Shown here: piece after piece, positions 55,271 through 64,000 of the stretch
How the letters are laid out: each line of letters begins with the position of its first letter
Numbering within the stretch: position 1 is the stretch's first letter
IMG/VR virus record: IMGVR_UViG_3300048033_000857
Coordinates: 19,338-83,337 of that record
Length of the DNA stretch: 64,000 bases
From: a virus
Reading direction: 5' to 3' (one strand)
The notes under the pieces: model-generated
Database searches by the model: none
What the model was told of the DNA's origin: nothing
The model's input: the letters and a program-made list of their open reading frames with translations, nothing else
Program-made: the position numbers and the translations under genes

Positions 55271-55978
55271 ATGACATTAATACAAAAGAAATTTGATTAC
55301 GCACCAATTTCCCGCAAGAACGTAGACGGTAAACGCAAGTACATGACACCTGATGGTGGTGCTGTGGCAAGTGTTACTACTATTCTTGATGCTACAAGCG
55401 ACAAGACAGGACTTATTGCATGGCGTAAGCGAGTAGGTGAAACTAAAGCAAGAGAAATTACAACAGAAGCTGCTGGTGTAGGCACAAGGATGCACAAGTA
55501 TCTTGAAGACTACATTGAGTTTGGTGAATGGCCTACTCCAGGTAGCAATCCGTTTGCTAAGAAAGCACACGCTATGGCAGAACAAATCCGTGACAATGCT
55601 ATGGTTGATGTTGATGAGATTTGGGGCAGTGAAGTTGCTCTTTATGTTCCGCAGATGTATGCTGGTACTACTGACCTAGTTGGACAGTACAAAGGACAGC
55701 CCTGCATCATGGATTTTAAACAGACCAACAAGCCCAAGAAGCTAGAGTATGTACAGAACTACTTCCTACAGTTAGTAGCATACGCAGAAGCACACAACGA
55801 AATCTACGGCACAAACATTCGCGAAGGACACATCTTTATGTGTAGTCGCGGCGATGACGGCATGTTGTTGGGCGGTGAAACTTATCAGCAGTTTGATGTA
55901 TGGCCACACGAGTATGACGAGTGGCGCAATGAATGGTATGAAAGGGTATACAAGTACTATGAATTACAAGGAAACTGA
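55271..55978 (+). CDS. PD-(D/E)XK exonuclease (Cas4-like / T4-like exonuclease A)
   Basis: SVTTIL..WRKRVG, GTRMHKYLE, AGTTDLV, IMDFKQ, QLVAYA. Confidence 0.85.
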   Translation: MTLIQKKFDYAPISRKNVDGKRKYMTPDGGAVASVTTILDATSDKTGLIAWRKRVGETKAREITTEAAGVGTRMHKYLEDYIEFGEWPTPGSNPFAKKAHAMAEQIRDNAMVDVDEIWGSEVALYVPQMYAGTTDLVGQYKGQPCIMDFKQTNKPKKLEYVQNYFLQLVAYAEAHNEIYGTNIREGHIFMCSRGDDGMLLGGETYQQFDVWPHEYDEWRNEWYERVYKYYELQGN

Positions 55979-56540
55979 TTTAAAAATACAACAATATTTT
56001 CCTACTGTTATAGGAAACAAATTTAATGTAGAACTTCGTAATAAAATGTTACCTATTGTTAAAGACATATTAAATAGCGAACGTCTCACTTATGAATGGG
56101 GATACAAAAATACTTACAGTCACACCACTGGCTTAGAAGAGTTACCAGAAATGGCTGAGTTTGTTGACTATATTAAAAATGTCTGCGAAGAATACCTTTT
56201 ACTTTTAGGCTACCAGTCTTATGATATAAAGCCTAATATCTTTGCTAGTGAAATGCACAAAGGAGATAGTCACAGCAGGCATGCACATCCTAACAGTACA
56301 TTGTCAGGTGTATTTTATTTAGATATGCCCCGAGGGTCAAGTGATATTGTTTTTTATGATCCAAGACCTTTTAGAGATGTTAAAAGTTTACCTAGAACTG
56401 AAGAAAATATTATAAATGCTTCGGCAGCAATATGTTCTCCTGAGAACGGTATGTTATTAATTTGGGAGTCTTGGTTAAATCACGAAGTGTTAGCAAATCA
56501 GTCTGAGACTGGAAGAATTACCCTTGTGTTTAATGCCTGA
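55959..56540 (+). CDS. 2OG-Fe(II) oxygenase (TIGR02466-like)
   Basis: HAHPNSTLSGVFYL, DPRP, WESWLNHEV, RITLVFN. Confidence 0.8.
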   Translation: MNYKETDLKIQQYFPTVIGNKFNVELRNKMLPIVKDILNSERLTYEWGYKNTYSHTTGLEELPEMAEFVDYIKNVCEEYLLLLGYQSYDIKPNIFASEMHKGDSHSRHAHPNSTLSGVFYLDMPRGSSDIVFYDPRPFRDVKSLPRTEENIINASAAICSPENGMLLIWESWLNHEVLANQSETGRITLVFNA

Positions 56541-56581
56541 AGACGGATAAATATATACAACTAAACAGGAGTATATGTGTC

Positions 56582-58465
56582 GTGGCAGTAGTACAAATTT
56601 CAAAAATCCAGTTAAGACGAGGAAGAAAAAATTCAGCATCTGGGTTACCTCAGTTATCATCTGGTGAAATGGGTTGGGCAATTGATTCCCAAGAACTTTA
56701 TATTGGTAATGGTGCAGTAAGCGAAGGCGCTCCGCAAGTTGGTAACACTAAAATCTTAACAGAAAAAGATGATCTTTTTGAAATTGCAAAAGATTACACC
56801 TATAAAGAAAACAACGGGTCAGTTATTACTGGACCTGACTCATCAAACCCAGTTGTACGAACATTACAAGATAGACTAGACGACAACGTTAGTGTACGTT
56901 CTTTTGGGGCAACAGGTAATCCAACACAAGATGCTACAGTATTCTTACAAAGAGCAGTTGATCAATTATATTTAAATAATGGCAACGAGTCAAATGTTGT
57001 TGATAGAGTAAAGCTACATATTCCAGCTGGAACGTATACAGTAACCGAAACAATTTATATTCCGCCACACGCAACAATAATTGGAGCAGGTTCGGGTAAA
57101 ACAATTATTCAACAAACTGCTAATAACAAATCTGTCTTTACTACTGTAAGTGATGAAAGTACTCCAGGAAACTATATTATAGACGGAGAGTATAATACAC
57201 AAGCTCGAAATATCCGCATAGAAGGTATAACATTACAAACAACTGGCAACTCTAAAGGGTTAGTGCTACAAAGTTGCAGAGATAGTTATTTTGAGAATGT
57301 TACTATTGCAGGAAGTTGGCAAGCTACTGATAGTATTGTTGAAGACACAACAGCAACAGCAAGTATTGGGTTAGGTTTAAACAGCAAAAACGGTGGTGTT
57401 GAAACAGTACGTAACGAATTTACAAACTGTCACATTGACGGTTTTGAGTACGGAGTTGTGTCAGAATGGGACATAAATGATAATGTATGGACAACTAGTA
57501 ACTTTAGTAATTTAGGGTACGGATTCTCGTTTGGTAAAGTTATGCTCATAGATGGTAACGAAGCAAACGGAACCTCAACAGGTCCTCACAATAACATTAT
57601 TTCTGATTGTGTTTTTACAAATACATATAGAGAAGCAATTTTAGTGTCAGAAGGCACTTACAATGTCAGTCGTAATAATAAATTTATTACTTGCGGCAAC
57701 GACGGCGGCTCAGATGCACAACCAATATATCCAATTATAAACTATGCTAAGTTAGGTAACGAAAGCACTGGTGACTTTTTTACTAGAACAAAAACTCTTT
57801 CATACACACAGGGAAGAATTATTACAGGCAATGCTACTATCACAGCAGGACAATCAACTGTAACTATAGCTGACACAACACAAGTACAAGCAGGTAATCT
57901 AATTACTATTGATTCGGGTACTGGTGAATTTGGTAACTCGCCCGTTACTATTGTAAGCATAGATAGTCCAACACAAATTACAGTAAATGTTCCACACATT
58001 ACAAGTGGATTTATTTCATTTAGTATTATCTCTGCTATTATTACGGCTGTTCCGTATATTCCAGAAGTATCAGGTCCGTGTAATTTCGAATGGGGATTCG
58101 AACATCAAATTACTGTACGTGCAGGAACACAACAAACAATATTTAGATTGCCAAAGTTAGCTAATCAAAGTTTTGATATTGATTATGTTGCACAAGGAGA
58201 AAATGGCTACTCCGGTATTCGTTCGGGAAAAATGAAAATAACAATGGATACGCAGTCAAATGTAACAGTATCAGATGAATATGATTTTGTTGGAGATACA
58301 ATTTATGTTGACAGCATTAGTTTTGATGCTATAATAAGTGATATAGACGTTAATGGAGACAACGAAACGATTTTAGTTAAGAGTAATGTTGGATCCGGAA
58401 CACTACCGTCTAACGCAACAACTAAAATGAAATTTAAAGTACAAACTAAGCAAATAGCCATATAA
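56582..58465 (+). CDS. tail/baseplate protein with pectate-lyase-like beta-helix
   Basis: MAVVQISKIQLRRG...LPQL..GE.GW, VSVRSFGATG...DAT..LQRA, IPAGTY..GAG.GKT. Confidence 0.75.
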   Translation: MAVVQISKIQLRRGRKNSASGLPQLSSGEMGWAIDSQELYIGNGAVSEGAPQVGNTKILTEKDDLFEIAKDYTYKENNGSVITGPDSSNPVVRTLQDRLDDNVSVRSFGATGNPTQDATVFLQRAVDQLYLNNGNESNVVDRVKLHIPAGTYTVTETIYIPPHATIIGAGSGKTIIQQTANNKSVFTTVSDESTPGNYIIDGEYNTQARNIRIEGITLQTTGNSKGLVLQSCRDSYFENVTIAGSWQATDSIVEDTTATASIGLGLNSKNGGVETVRNEFTNCHIDGFEYGVVSEWDINDNVWTTSNFSNLGYGFSFGKVMLIDGNEANGTSTGPHNNIISDCVFTNTYREAILVSEGTYNVSRNNKFITCGNDGGSDAQPIYPIINYAKLGNESTGDFFTRTKTLSYTQGRIITGNATITAGQSTVTIADTTQVQAGNLITIDSGTGEFGNSPVTIVSIDSPTQITVNVPHITSGFISFSIISAIITAVPYIPEVSGPCNFEWGFEHQITVRAGTQQTIFRLPKLANQSFDIDYVAQGENGYSGIRSGKMKITMDTQSNVTVSDEYDFVGDTIYVDSISFDAIISDIDVNGDNETILVKSNVGSGTLPSNATTKMKFKVQTKQIAI

Positions 58466-58888
58466 ATGTTTAACAAAAAATATGAAGAAAGACTTGTATT
58501 GTGGTCTGAGTTTCGAGAGACTCTCGAAACGTCAAAGGATCCTTGTCAAGACGTAATTGACTTTTATCGATTAGCACCATTAGTATCTATACATACAGAT
58601 CCTTGGGAAAGATCCACGTGGCCCGATCCGTGGCAACTGATTCATGATAACCAGTATTGTGAGTTCTGTCGTGTACTAGGATACTGCTTTTCTTTACAGT
58701 TAACTGAACGTTTTTCGGACGGTAATTTTGAGATACATATCAGTACGGATAGGGAAAAAGGTTACCATTATTTCCTAGTTGTTAATCAAAAATGGGTATT
58801 AGGATATGAAGAAAACACAGTATCAGAATACTCTAAGTTACCAAAAGAACTTAATTCGCAACTTGTCTACGACATGTCTACTACTTAA
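58466..58888 (+). CDS. hypothetical protein
   Basis: W..FR..LE...WPDPWQLI..N.YC motif. Confidence 0.7.
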   Translation: MFNKKYEERLVLWSEFRETLETSKDPCQDVIDFYRLAPLVSIHTDPWERSTWPDPWQLIHDNQYCEFCRVLGYCFSLQLTERFSDGNFEIHISTDREKGYHYFLVVNQKWVLGYEENTVSEYSKLPKELNSQLVYDMSTT

Positions 58889-58921
58889 TAAATATAGAAA
58901 TATAACGAAAGAGGAAATAAA

Positions 58922-61228
58922 ATGATTCAAGTTACCAAGCGTGATGGGCGTAAAGAGCCTTTAGATATTGACAAATTACACAAAGTAGTTTTTTATGCAT
59001 GTCAAGACATTACAGGCATTAGCCCAAGCGAGGTAGAAATCAAAAGTCAGATCCAATTTTATAATGGAATGACAACTAAAGAAATTCAAGAAACTTTAAT
59101 CAAAGCAGCAGCAGATCTTATTTCTGAAGAAACGCCAAACTATCAGTTTGTTGGTGGTAGACTTATTAACTATGCTCTACGCAAAGAAGTTTATGGACAA
59201 TACGTACCTTGCTCAGTTAAAGAACTAGTGCAAAGGAATACAGAAGCAGGCTTTTACGATCCTGACCTCATTTCGTATTATGATGACGACGAATGGGAAA
59301 AGATTGATTCATTTATAAAACACGAGCGTGACGAGAATCTAACTTATGTTGCTATGGAACAGCTACGTGGCAAATATCTTTGTCAAAACAGAGTAAGCGG
59401 CGAAATTTTTGAAACACCGCAGATGTGTTATGTACTAATCGCAGCAACATTGTTCCAAGGCTATCCAAAAGACGAACGCCTAAAATGGGTTAAAGAATAT
59501 TACGATGCTGTCAGTCTTCATGACATTAGCTTGCCTACTCCTGTAATGGCAGGTGTGCGCACACCACAACGTCAATTTAGTTCGTGTGTGCTTATTGAAA
59601 CCGACGATAGTCTTGATAGCATCAATGCTACTAGTTCGAGTATTGTTAAGTATGTAAGTCAAAAAGCAGGCATTGGAATCGGCGGAGGAAAGATACGTGC
59701 AATTGGTTCGCCAGTACGTAAAGGCGATGCTTATCATACAGGTATTATTCCTTTTTATAAAATGTTTCAATCAGCTGTTAAAAGTTGTAGCCAAGGCGGT
59801 GTACGTGGCGGAGCAGCAACAGTATATTATCCAGTCTGGCACTTAGAAGCAGAAGAATTATTAGTTCTAAAGAACAACAAAGGCACAGAAGAAAATCGTG
59901 TGCGTCATATGGATTATGGTGTACAGTTTAACAAACTGATGTATGAAAGACTTATTACTGGAGGAGATATAACTCTTTTCTCGCCTAGTGATGTTCCAGG
60001 ATTATATGAAGCATTTTATGCAGACCAAGATCGTTTCCGCGAACTATATGAAACAGCAGAACGCAATACAAAACTACGCAAAAAGACAGTAAAAGCAAGT
60101 GCATTGTTTAGTGCATTTATGGAAGAGCGTAAGAACACAGGACGCATCTACTTGCAGAATGTAGACAATGCTAACGACCACGGCAGCTTCCTTCCTGACG
60201 TTGCACCTATTAGACAATCAAACTTGTGTGCAGAGATTGACTTGCCTACAAAGCCACTAAAAGATCTAAACGATCCAGAAGGCGAAATCAGCCTATGTAC
60301 TCTCAGTGCTATCAACTGGGGCAACATCAGACAGCCTAGCGACTTTGAAAGAGTATGTCGTTTAGCAGTGCGTGGACTTGATGCACTATTGAGCTATCAA
60401 AACTATCCGATTGTGGCAGCGCAGTTAAGTACAGAGAAGCGCCGTCCGTTAGGAGTTGGTATTATCAACTTTGCATATTGGTTAGCAAAACACGGATTAA
60501 CATATCAAAATATTGATGCTGAAGGACTACAACTTGTAGACGAATGGGCAGAAGCATGGAGTTACTATCTAATCAAAGCAAGTGCAGACCTAGCAGCAGA
60601 GCAAGGTGCACCGAGTGGTAACATGGAAACAAAATACGGACACGGCATTACACCCAACCAAACATATGCTAAAGCACTGGACGAAATCCTTCCACATGTA
60701 GAACGTCAAGATTGGGACGGCCTACGTGCGCAGTTAAAGGAAACTGGTATTCGTAACAGTACACTAATGGCGCTTATGCCAAGTGAAACAAGTGCGCAGA
60801 TTGCTAATGCTACAAACGGTATTGAGCCACCACGCAGTTTGATTAGTGTAAAACAGTCAAAGCACGGTGTATTGAAACAGGTTGTGCCAGAATATAAACG
60901 ACTAAAAAACAAATATGATTTGTTATGGGAGCAACAGTCACCAGAAGGATATATTAAAATTGTAAGTGTATTACAAAAATACATCGATCAAGGTATAAGT
61001 GTTAACACAAGTTATAACCCTACATACTTTGAAGACGAAAAGATTCCAATGAGTACAATGTTGCAGCATTTATTAATGTTCTATAAACTAGGTGGAAAGC
61101 AATTGTATTATTTCAATACATATGACGGCCAAGGCGAATTAGATATTGATAAAATGTTTGAATCAAAATTAGAAGAACTGCCAGAATATTCACAGGACGA
61201 CGAGGCTTGTGAAAGTTGCACAATTTAG
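58922..61228 (+). CDS. nrdA: ribonucleoside-diphosphate reductase class Ia alpha subunit
   Basis: ATP-cone (VTKRDG), PTPVMAG, FSSCVL, QSNLCAEI, MPSETS, LYY, C-terminal CESC. Confidence 0.97.
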   Translation: MIQVTKRDGRKEPLDIDKLHKVVFYACQDITGISPSEVEIKSQIQFYNGMTTKEIQETLIKAAADLISEETPNYQFVGGRLINYALRKEVYGQYVPCSVKELVQRNTEAGFYDPDLISYYDDDEWEKIDSFIKHERDENLTYVAMEQLRGKYLCQNRVSGEIFETPQMCYVLIAATLFQGYPKDERLKWVKEYYDAVSLHDISLPTPVMAGVRTPQRQFSSCVLIETDDSLDSINATSSSIVKYVSQKAGIGIGGGKIRAIGSPVRKGDAYHTGIIPFYKMFQSAVKSCSQGGVRGGAATVYYPVWHLEAEELLVLKNNKGTEENRVRHMDYGVQFNKLMYERLITGGDITLFSPSDVPGLYEAFYADQDRFRELYETAERNTKLRKKTVKASALFSAFMEERKNTGRIYLQNVDNANDHGSFLPDVAPIRQSNLCAEIDLPTKPLKDLNDPEGEISLCTLSAINWGNIRQPSDFERVCRLAVRGLDALLSYQNYPIVAAQLSTEKRRPLGVGIINFAYWLAKHGLTYQNIDAEGLQLVDEWAEAWSYYLIKASADLAAEQGAPSGNMETKYGHGITPNQTYAKALDEILPHVERQDWDGLRAQLKETGIRNSTLMALMPSETSAQIANATNGIEPPRSLISVKQSKHGVLKQVVPEYKRLKNKYDLLWEQQSPEGYIKIVSVLQKYIDQGISVNTSYNPTYFEDEKIPMSTMLQHLLMFYKLGGKQLYYFNTYDGQGELDIDKMFESKLEELPEYSQDDEACESCTI

Positions 61229-61257
61229 TTGACATTTGTATAAAGCGATGTTACTAT
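61229..61257 (+). promoter_or_regulatory. sigma70 promoter
   Basis: TTGACA-17nt-TACTAT. Confidence 0.6.
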
Positions 61258-61287
61258 GCTAGCAGTGTTATATAAAGGAAGAGAATA

Positions 61288-62415
61288 ATGAGCGTTTTTA
61301 ACGTAGAAAATCGTGTAGATCATACAAAAGTAACGGCATTTCTTGATCCGTCAGGTGGCCCAACAATTCAAAGGTATGACACATTAAAGTACAAACAATT
61401 TGACGGCTTAACTGATAAACAACTTGGCTTCTTTTGGCGTCCGGAAGAAGTTGACATCTATCAAGATGCAAAAGACTTTAAAGGTCTTACAGAACACGAA
61501 CAGCATATTTTTACTTCTAACTTGAAGCGACAAATTTTGCTTGACTCTGTGCAAGGAAGAGCACCAGCAGAGTCTTTTGGTTCTATTGTTTCGCTGCCCG
61601 AACTTGAAAACTGGATCATTACTTGGACTTTTAGCGAAACTATTCACAGTCGTTCGTATACACATATTATCCGTAATATCTACAGCAACCCAAGCAAAGT
61701 GTTTGATGAGCTTATGTCAGCAAATGAGATTGTAGACTGTGCTGATAGTATTTCAAAACATTACGATGATTTGATAGAACTTAGTGGATATTATAACTTG
61801 CTTGGCGCAGGGACACACACTGTTAACGGTAATAAAGTAGAAGTTGACATGTACGAACTTAAAAAGAAACTATGGCTTGCACTAATGAGTGTAAATATTC
61901 TTGAAGGCGTGCGTTTTTATGTGAGCTTTGCTTGTAGTTGGGCATTTGCAGAACTTAAGAAAATGGAAGGTAATGCAAAAATTATTAAGTTAATCGCTCG
62001 TGATGAGAACTTGCACTTAGCAAGCACACAAGCACTGTTGAAAATTTTAAAAACTGACGACAAAGACTTTGAAAAAATTGCAAAAGAAACAGAAGAAGAA
62101 TGTATTCAAATGTTTGTTGATGCAGTAGATCAAGAAAAAGCCTGGGCAGATTATTTGTTTAAAGATGGATCTATGATTGGACTTAATACAAAGTTGTTAT
62201 CAGATTATATTGAATTTATCTGTACACGTCGAATGACAAACGTAGGACTGAAGTCGCCTTATACTATTAAAAGCAATCCGTTGCCGTGGACACAAAAGTG
62301 GATCAGTGGTGCGGACGTACAAGTAGCACCACAAGAAACTGAAATTACAAGTTATATTCAGGGTGGCACTAAACAAGATGTATCAGAAGATACATTTAAA
62401 GGATTTAGTTTATGA
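61288..62415 (+). CDS. nrdB: ribonucleoside-diphosphate reductase class Ia beta subunit
   Basis: FFWRPEEV, DSVQGR, ETIHSRSY, EGVRFYVSF, RDENLH, VAPQETEI. Confidence 0.97.
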   Translation: MSVFNVENRVDHTKVTAFLDPSGGPTIQRYDTLKYKQFDGLTDKQLGFFWRPEEVDIYQDAKDFKGLTEHEQHIFTSNLKRQILLDSVQGRAPAESFGSIVSLPELENWIITWTFSETIHSRSYTHIIRNIYSNPSKVFDELMSANEIVDCADSISKHYDDLIELSGYYNLLGAGTHTVNGNKVEVDMYELKKKLWLALMSVNILEGVRFYVSFACSWAFAELKKMEGNAKIIKLIARDENLHLASTQALLKILKTDDKDFEKIAKETEEECIQMFVDAVDQEKAWADYLFKDGSMIGLNTKLLSDYIEFICTRRMTNVGLKSPYTIKSNPLPWTQKWISGADVQVAPQETEITSYIQGGTKQDVSEDTFKGFSL

Positions 62416-62503
62416 TTAGGATTTTAAAGAATTTGTTTTATAAAAATAGAGAATTGCAAAACGGTGTATTGCATAGAGCACACACAACACGTTATGAGGA
62501 TTT

Positions 62504-62761
62504 ATGTCAATGATTATTATTTGGGGTAAGCCACAATGTCCACATTGTGAATCAGCAAAAAGAATGTTAGACTCGCGAGAGATTGCATATGAGTACAAGC
62601 AACTTGGAGTAGACTTTGAACGTGAAGACGTTCTTGCAGAGTTTCCAGAAGCACGAACGTTTCCACAAATTGTAATTAACGGACAGAAAATTGGTGGGTA
62701 TGATCGACTTGGAACATACCTTGAAGAAACAGGTTATAACGGAACAGGAATGACACTATAA
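62504..62761 (+). CDS. glutaredoxin
   Basis: CPHC, RTFPQI, IGGY. Confidence 0.92.
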   Translation: MSMIIIWGKPQCPHCESAKRMLDSREIAYEYKQLGVDFEREDVLAEFPEARTFPQIVINGQKIGGYDRLGTYLEETGYNGTGMTL

Positions 62762-63048
62762 TGTTAATTGAAGCACCATACAAAAACGGAGATACAGTCT
62801 CTGTAAAAACTGTTGCAGGCGAAGAAATTGTTGCACGTTTAGTAGACGAAAATAACAATACTATCACAGTAACTAAGCCTATGGCCCTTACTGCTACACA
62901 ACAAGGAATTGGGATGGTTCCTTTTAGTTTTACAGTAAACCCCGAATCTAAGCTAAATCTTAATAAAAATACCCTTGTTTTTATTGCAAAAACAGATGAA
63001 GATACTGCTAAATCATACATTGAGACTACAACTAGCATAAAAATATAG
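62761..63048 (+). CDS. hypothetical protein (Sm-like fold candidate)
   Basis: VSVKTVAGEEIVARL...KPM motif. Confidence 0.65.
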   Translation: MLIEAPYKNGDTVSVKTVAGEEIVARLVDENNNTITVTKPMALTATQQGIGMVPFSFTVNPESKLNLNKNTLVFIAKTDEDTAKSYIETTTSIKI

Positions 63049-63049
63049 G

Positions 63050-63078
63050 TTGACAAACTATTTGTTTTGTATTATAAT
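63050..63078 (+). promoter_or_regulatory. sigma70 promoter
   Basis: TTGACA-17nt-TATAAT. Confidence 0.75.
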
Positions 63079-63112
63079 GTAAAATATAAAAGGCAAATAG
63101 AAAGGCAACTAT

Positions 63113-63712
63113 ATGAAAAATAATAAGGTAATACTTACAGATGCAGACGGTGTACTACTTAATTGGGAGTATGCATTTACTTGTTGGATGGAACAACATG
63201 GGCATACAGCAGTAGAAAATGCAAGTCTCTTGTATGACATCGGTGATCGATTTGGTGTATCAAAAGATCAAGGCAAAAAATTAGTTAAGATCTTTAACGA
63301 AAGTGCAGCTATTGGATTTCTTCCAGCACTACGTGATGCTATGTATTACGTTAAACGACTACACGAAGAACACGGATATGTATTCCGTTGCATTACAAGT
63401 CTAAGTTTAGATAAAAATGCGTATAAACTTCGTAAAATGAATTTAGAAAAGCTGTTTGGTAAAACAGCATTTGAAGAATTAGTTTGTTTAGATACAGGTG
63501 CAGACAAAGATGAAGCACTTGAACCATACAGAAATTCAGGATTGTACTGGATTGAAGACAAACTAGATAATGCAGTATGTGGATTAAACTTAGGATTAAA
63601 ACCTATACTGATCGAGCATGGATTTAATATGCACGAAGATATTCCAGAAGATATGACTAAGGTAACTAACTGGAAAGAAATTTATGAATTTATCACAGGA
63701 GAAGAAACATGA
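63113..63712 (+). CDS. HAD-superfamily 5'(3')-deoxyribonucleotidase-like protein
   Basis: DADGVL, ITS, K, WIEDK motifs. Confidence 0.8.
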   Translation: MKNNKVILTDADGVLLNWEYAFTCWMEQHGHTAVENASLLYDIGDRFGVSKDQGKKLVKIFNESAAIGFLPALRDAMYYVKRLHEEHGYVFRCITSLSLDKNAYKLRKMNLEKLFGKTAFEELVCLDTGADKDEALEPYRNSGLYWIEDKLDNAVCGLNLGLKPILIEHGFNMHEDIPEDMTKVTNWKEIYEFITGEET

Positions 63713-63885
63713 GTAATCACGATGAAATTGTACAAGCGTATAACAACTATCTAGCAGAACATGCTACATTTGAAGAAAAGGGTGTTAAAGCCGCAGCCGC
63801 AAGGGCTCGTAAGGCACTAGGTGATCTAGGTAAACTTACAAAAAGCCGTAGAGCTGAGATCCAAGAAAAGAAAAACGAAATGTAA
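63709..63885 (+). CDS. small Hc1/histone-H1-like protein
   Basis: FEEKGVKAAAARARKALGDLGKLTKSRRAEIQ. Confidence 0.7.
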   Translation: MSNHDEIVQAYNNYLAEHATFEEKGVKAAAARARKALGDLGKLTKSRRAEIQEKKNEM

Positions 63886-64000
63886 TGTGGGAATTGTGGT
63901 GTAAAGCTATAGGCCATAAAGCCTATGACGACAACCGCAAAGCAGACCGGGTAGCAATGATCCGCACAGTGTGGATACTATTACACATTGCTACCTGTCT

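Noticed and set aside
55271-55978. Cas4 as evidence of a CRISPR system
   Set aside because: No four-Cys Fe-S motif and no cas1/cas2 or array; a typical stand-alone phage PD-(D/E)XK exonuclease
58922-62415. Introns or inteins in nrdA/nrdB
   Set aside because: Both ORFs are uninterrupted and of normal length (768 and 375 aa)
1-64000. Alternative genetic code (stop-codon reassignment)
   Set aside because: Conserved genes (nrdA, nrdB, hemA, helicase) are full-length in code 11, TAA/TAG/TGA all terminate genes, and no suppressor tRNA is present

Overview
This 64 kb window is part of a large (jumbo-type, T4-superfamily-like) dsDNA bacteriophage genome in standard code 11. The host is probably a marine alphaproteobacterium, inferred from a C4-pathway ALA synthase and DUF1127 genes. 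Layout: (1) 1-16.5 kb, rightward replication and modification genes (KdsA/KdsB, clamp-loader-like subunit, minimal DnaE, primase, carbamoyltransferase, helicase, tail fibre, subtilisin). (2) 16.5-27.7 kb, a leftward 'early' region of small genes, most with their own sigma70 promoter and a shared non-canonical GAGGGC ribosome-binding motif, plus three tRNAs, bounded by repeat-rich non-coding blocks. (3) 27.8-64 kb, radical SAM enzymes, virion and lysis genes, auxiliary metabolic genes (hemA, alternative oxidase, PiT-like transporter, sulfotransferase), putative head-internal proteins and nrdAB/glutaredoxin. Main unexplained signals: a four-hairpin putative sRNA (18434-18625) whose loops display GCCCUC, the exact complement of the GAGGGC motif of the early genes; a ~2 kb early island (24060-26095) almost devoid of GA/GG dinucleotides, consistent with avoidance of a sequence-specific DNA modification; oriented CAGCGGGGCCT repeats with IHF boxes; and a likely -1 frameshift at an A10 run (54834-54843). 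All functional calls come from motif recognition by eye; no database searches were run.
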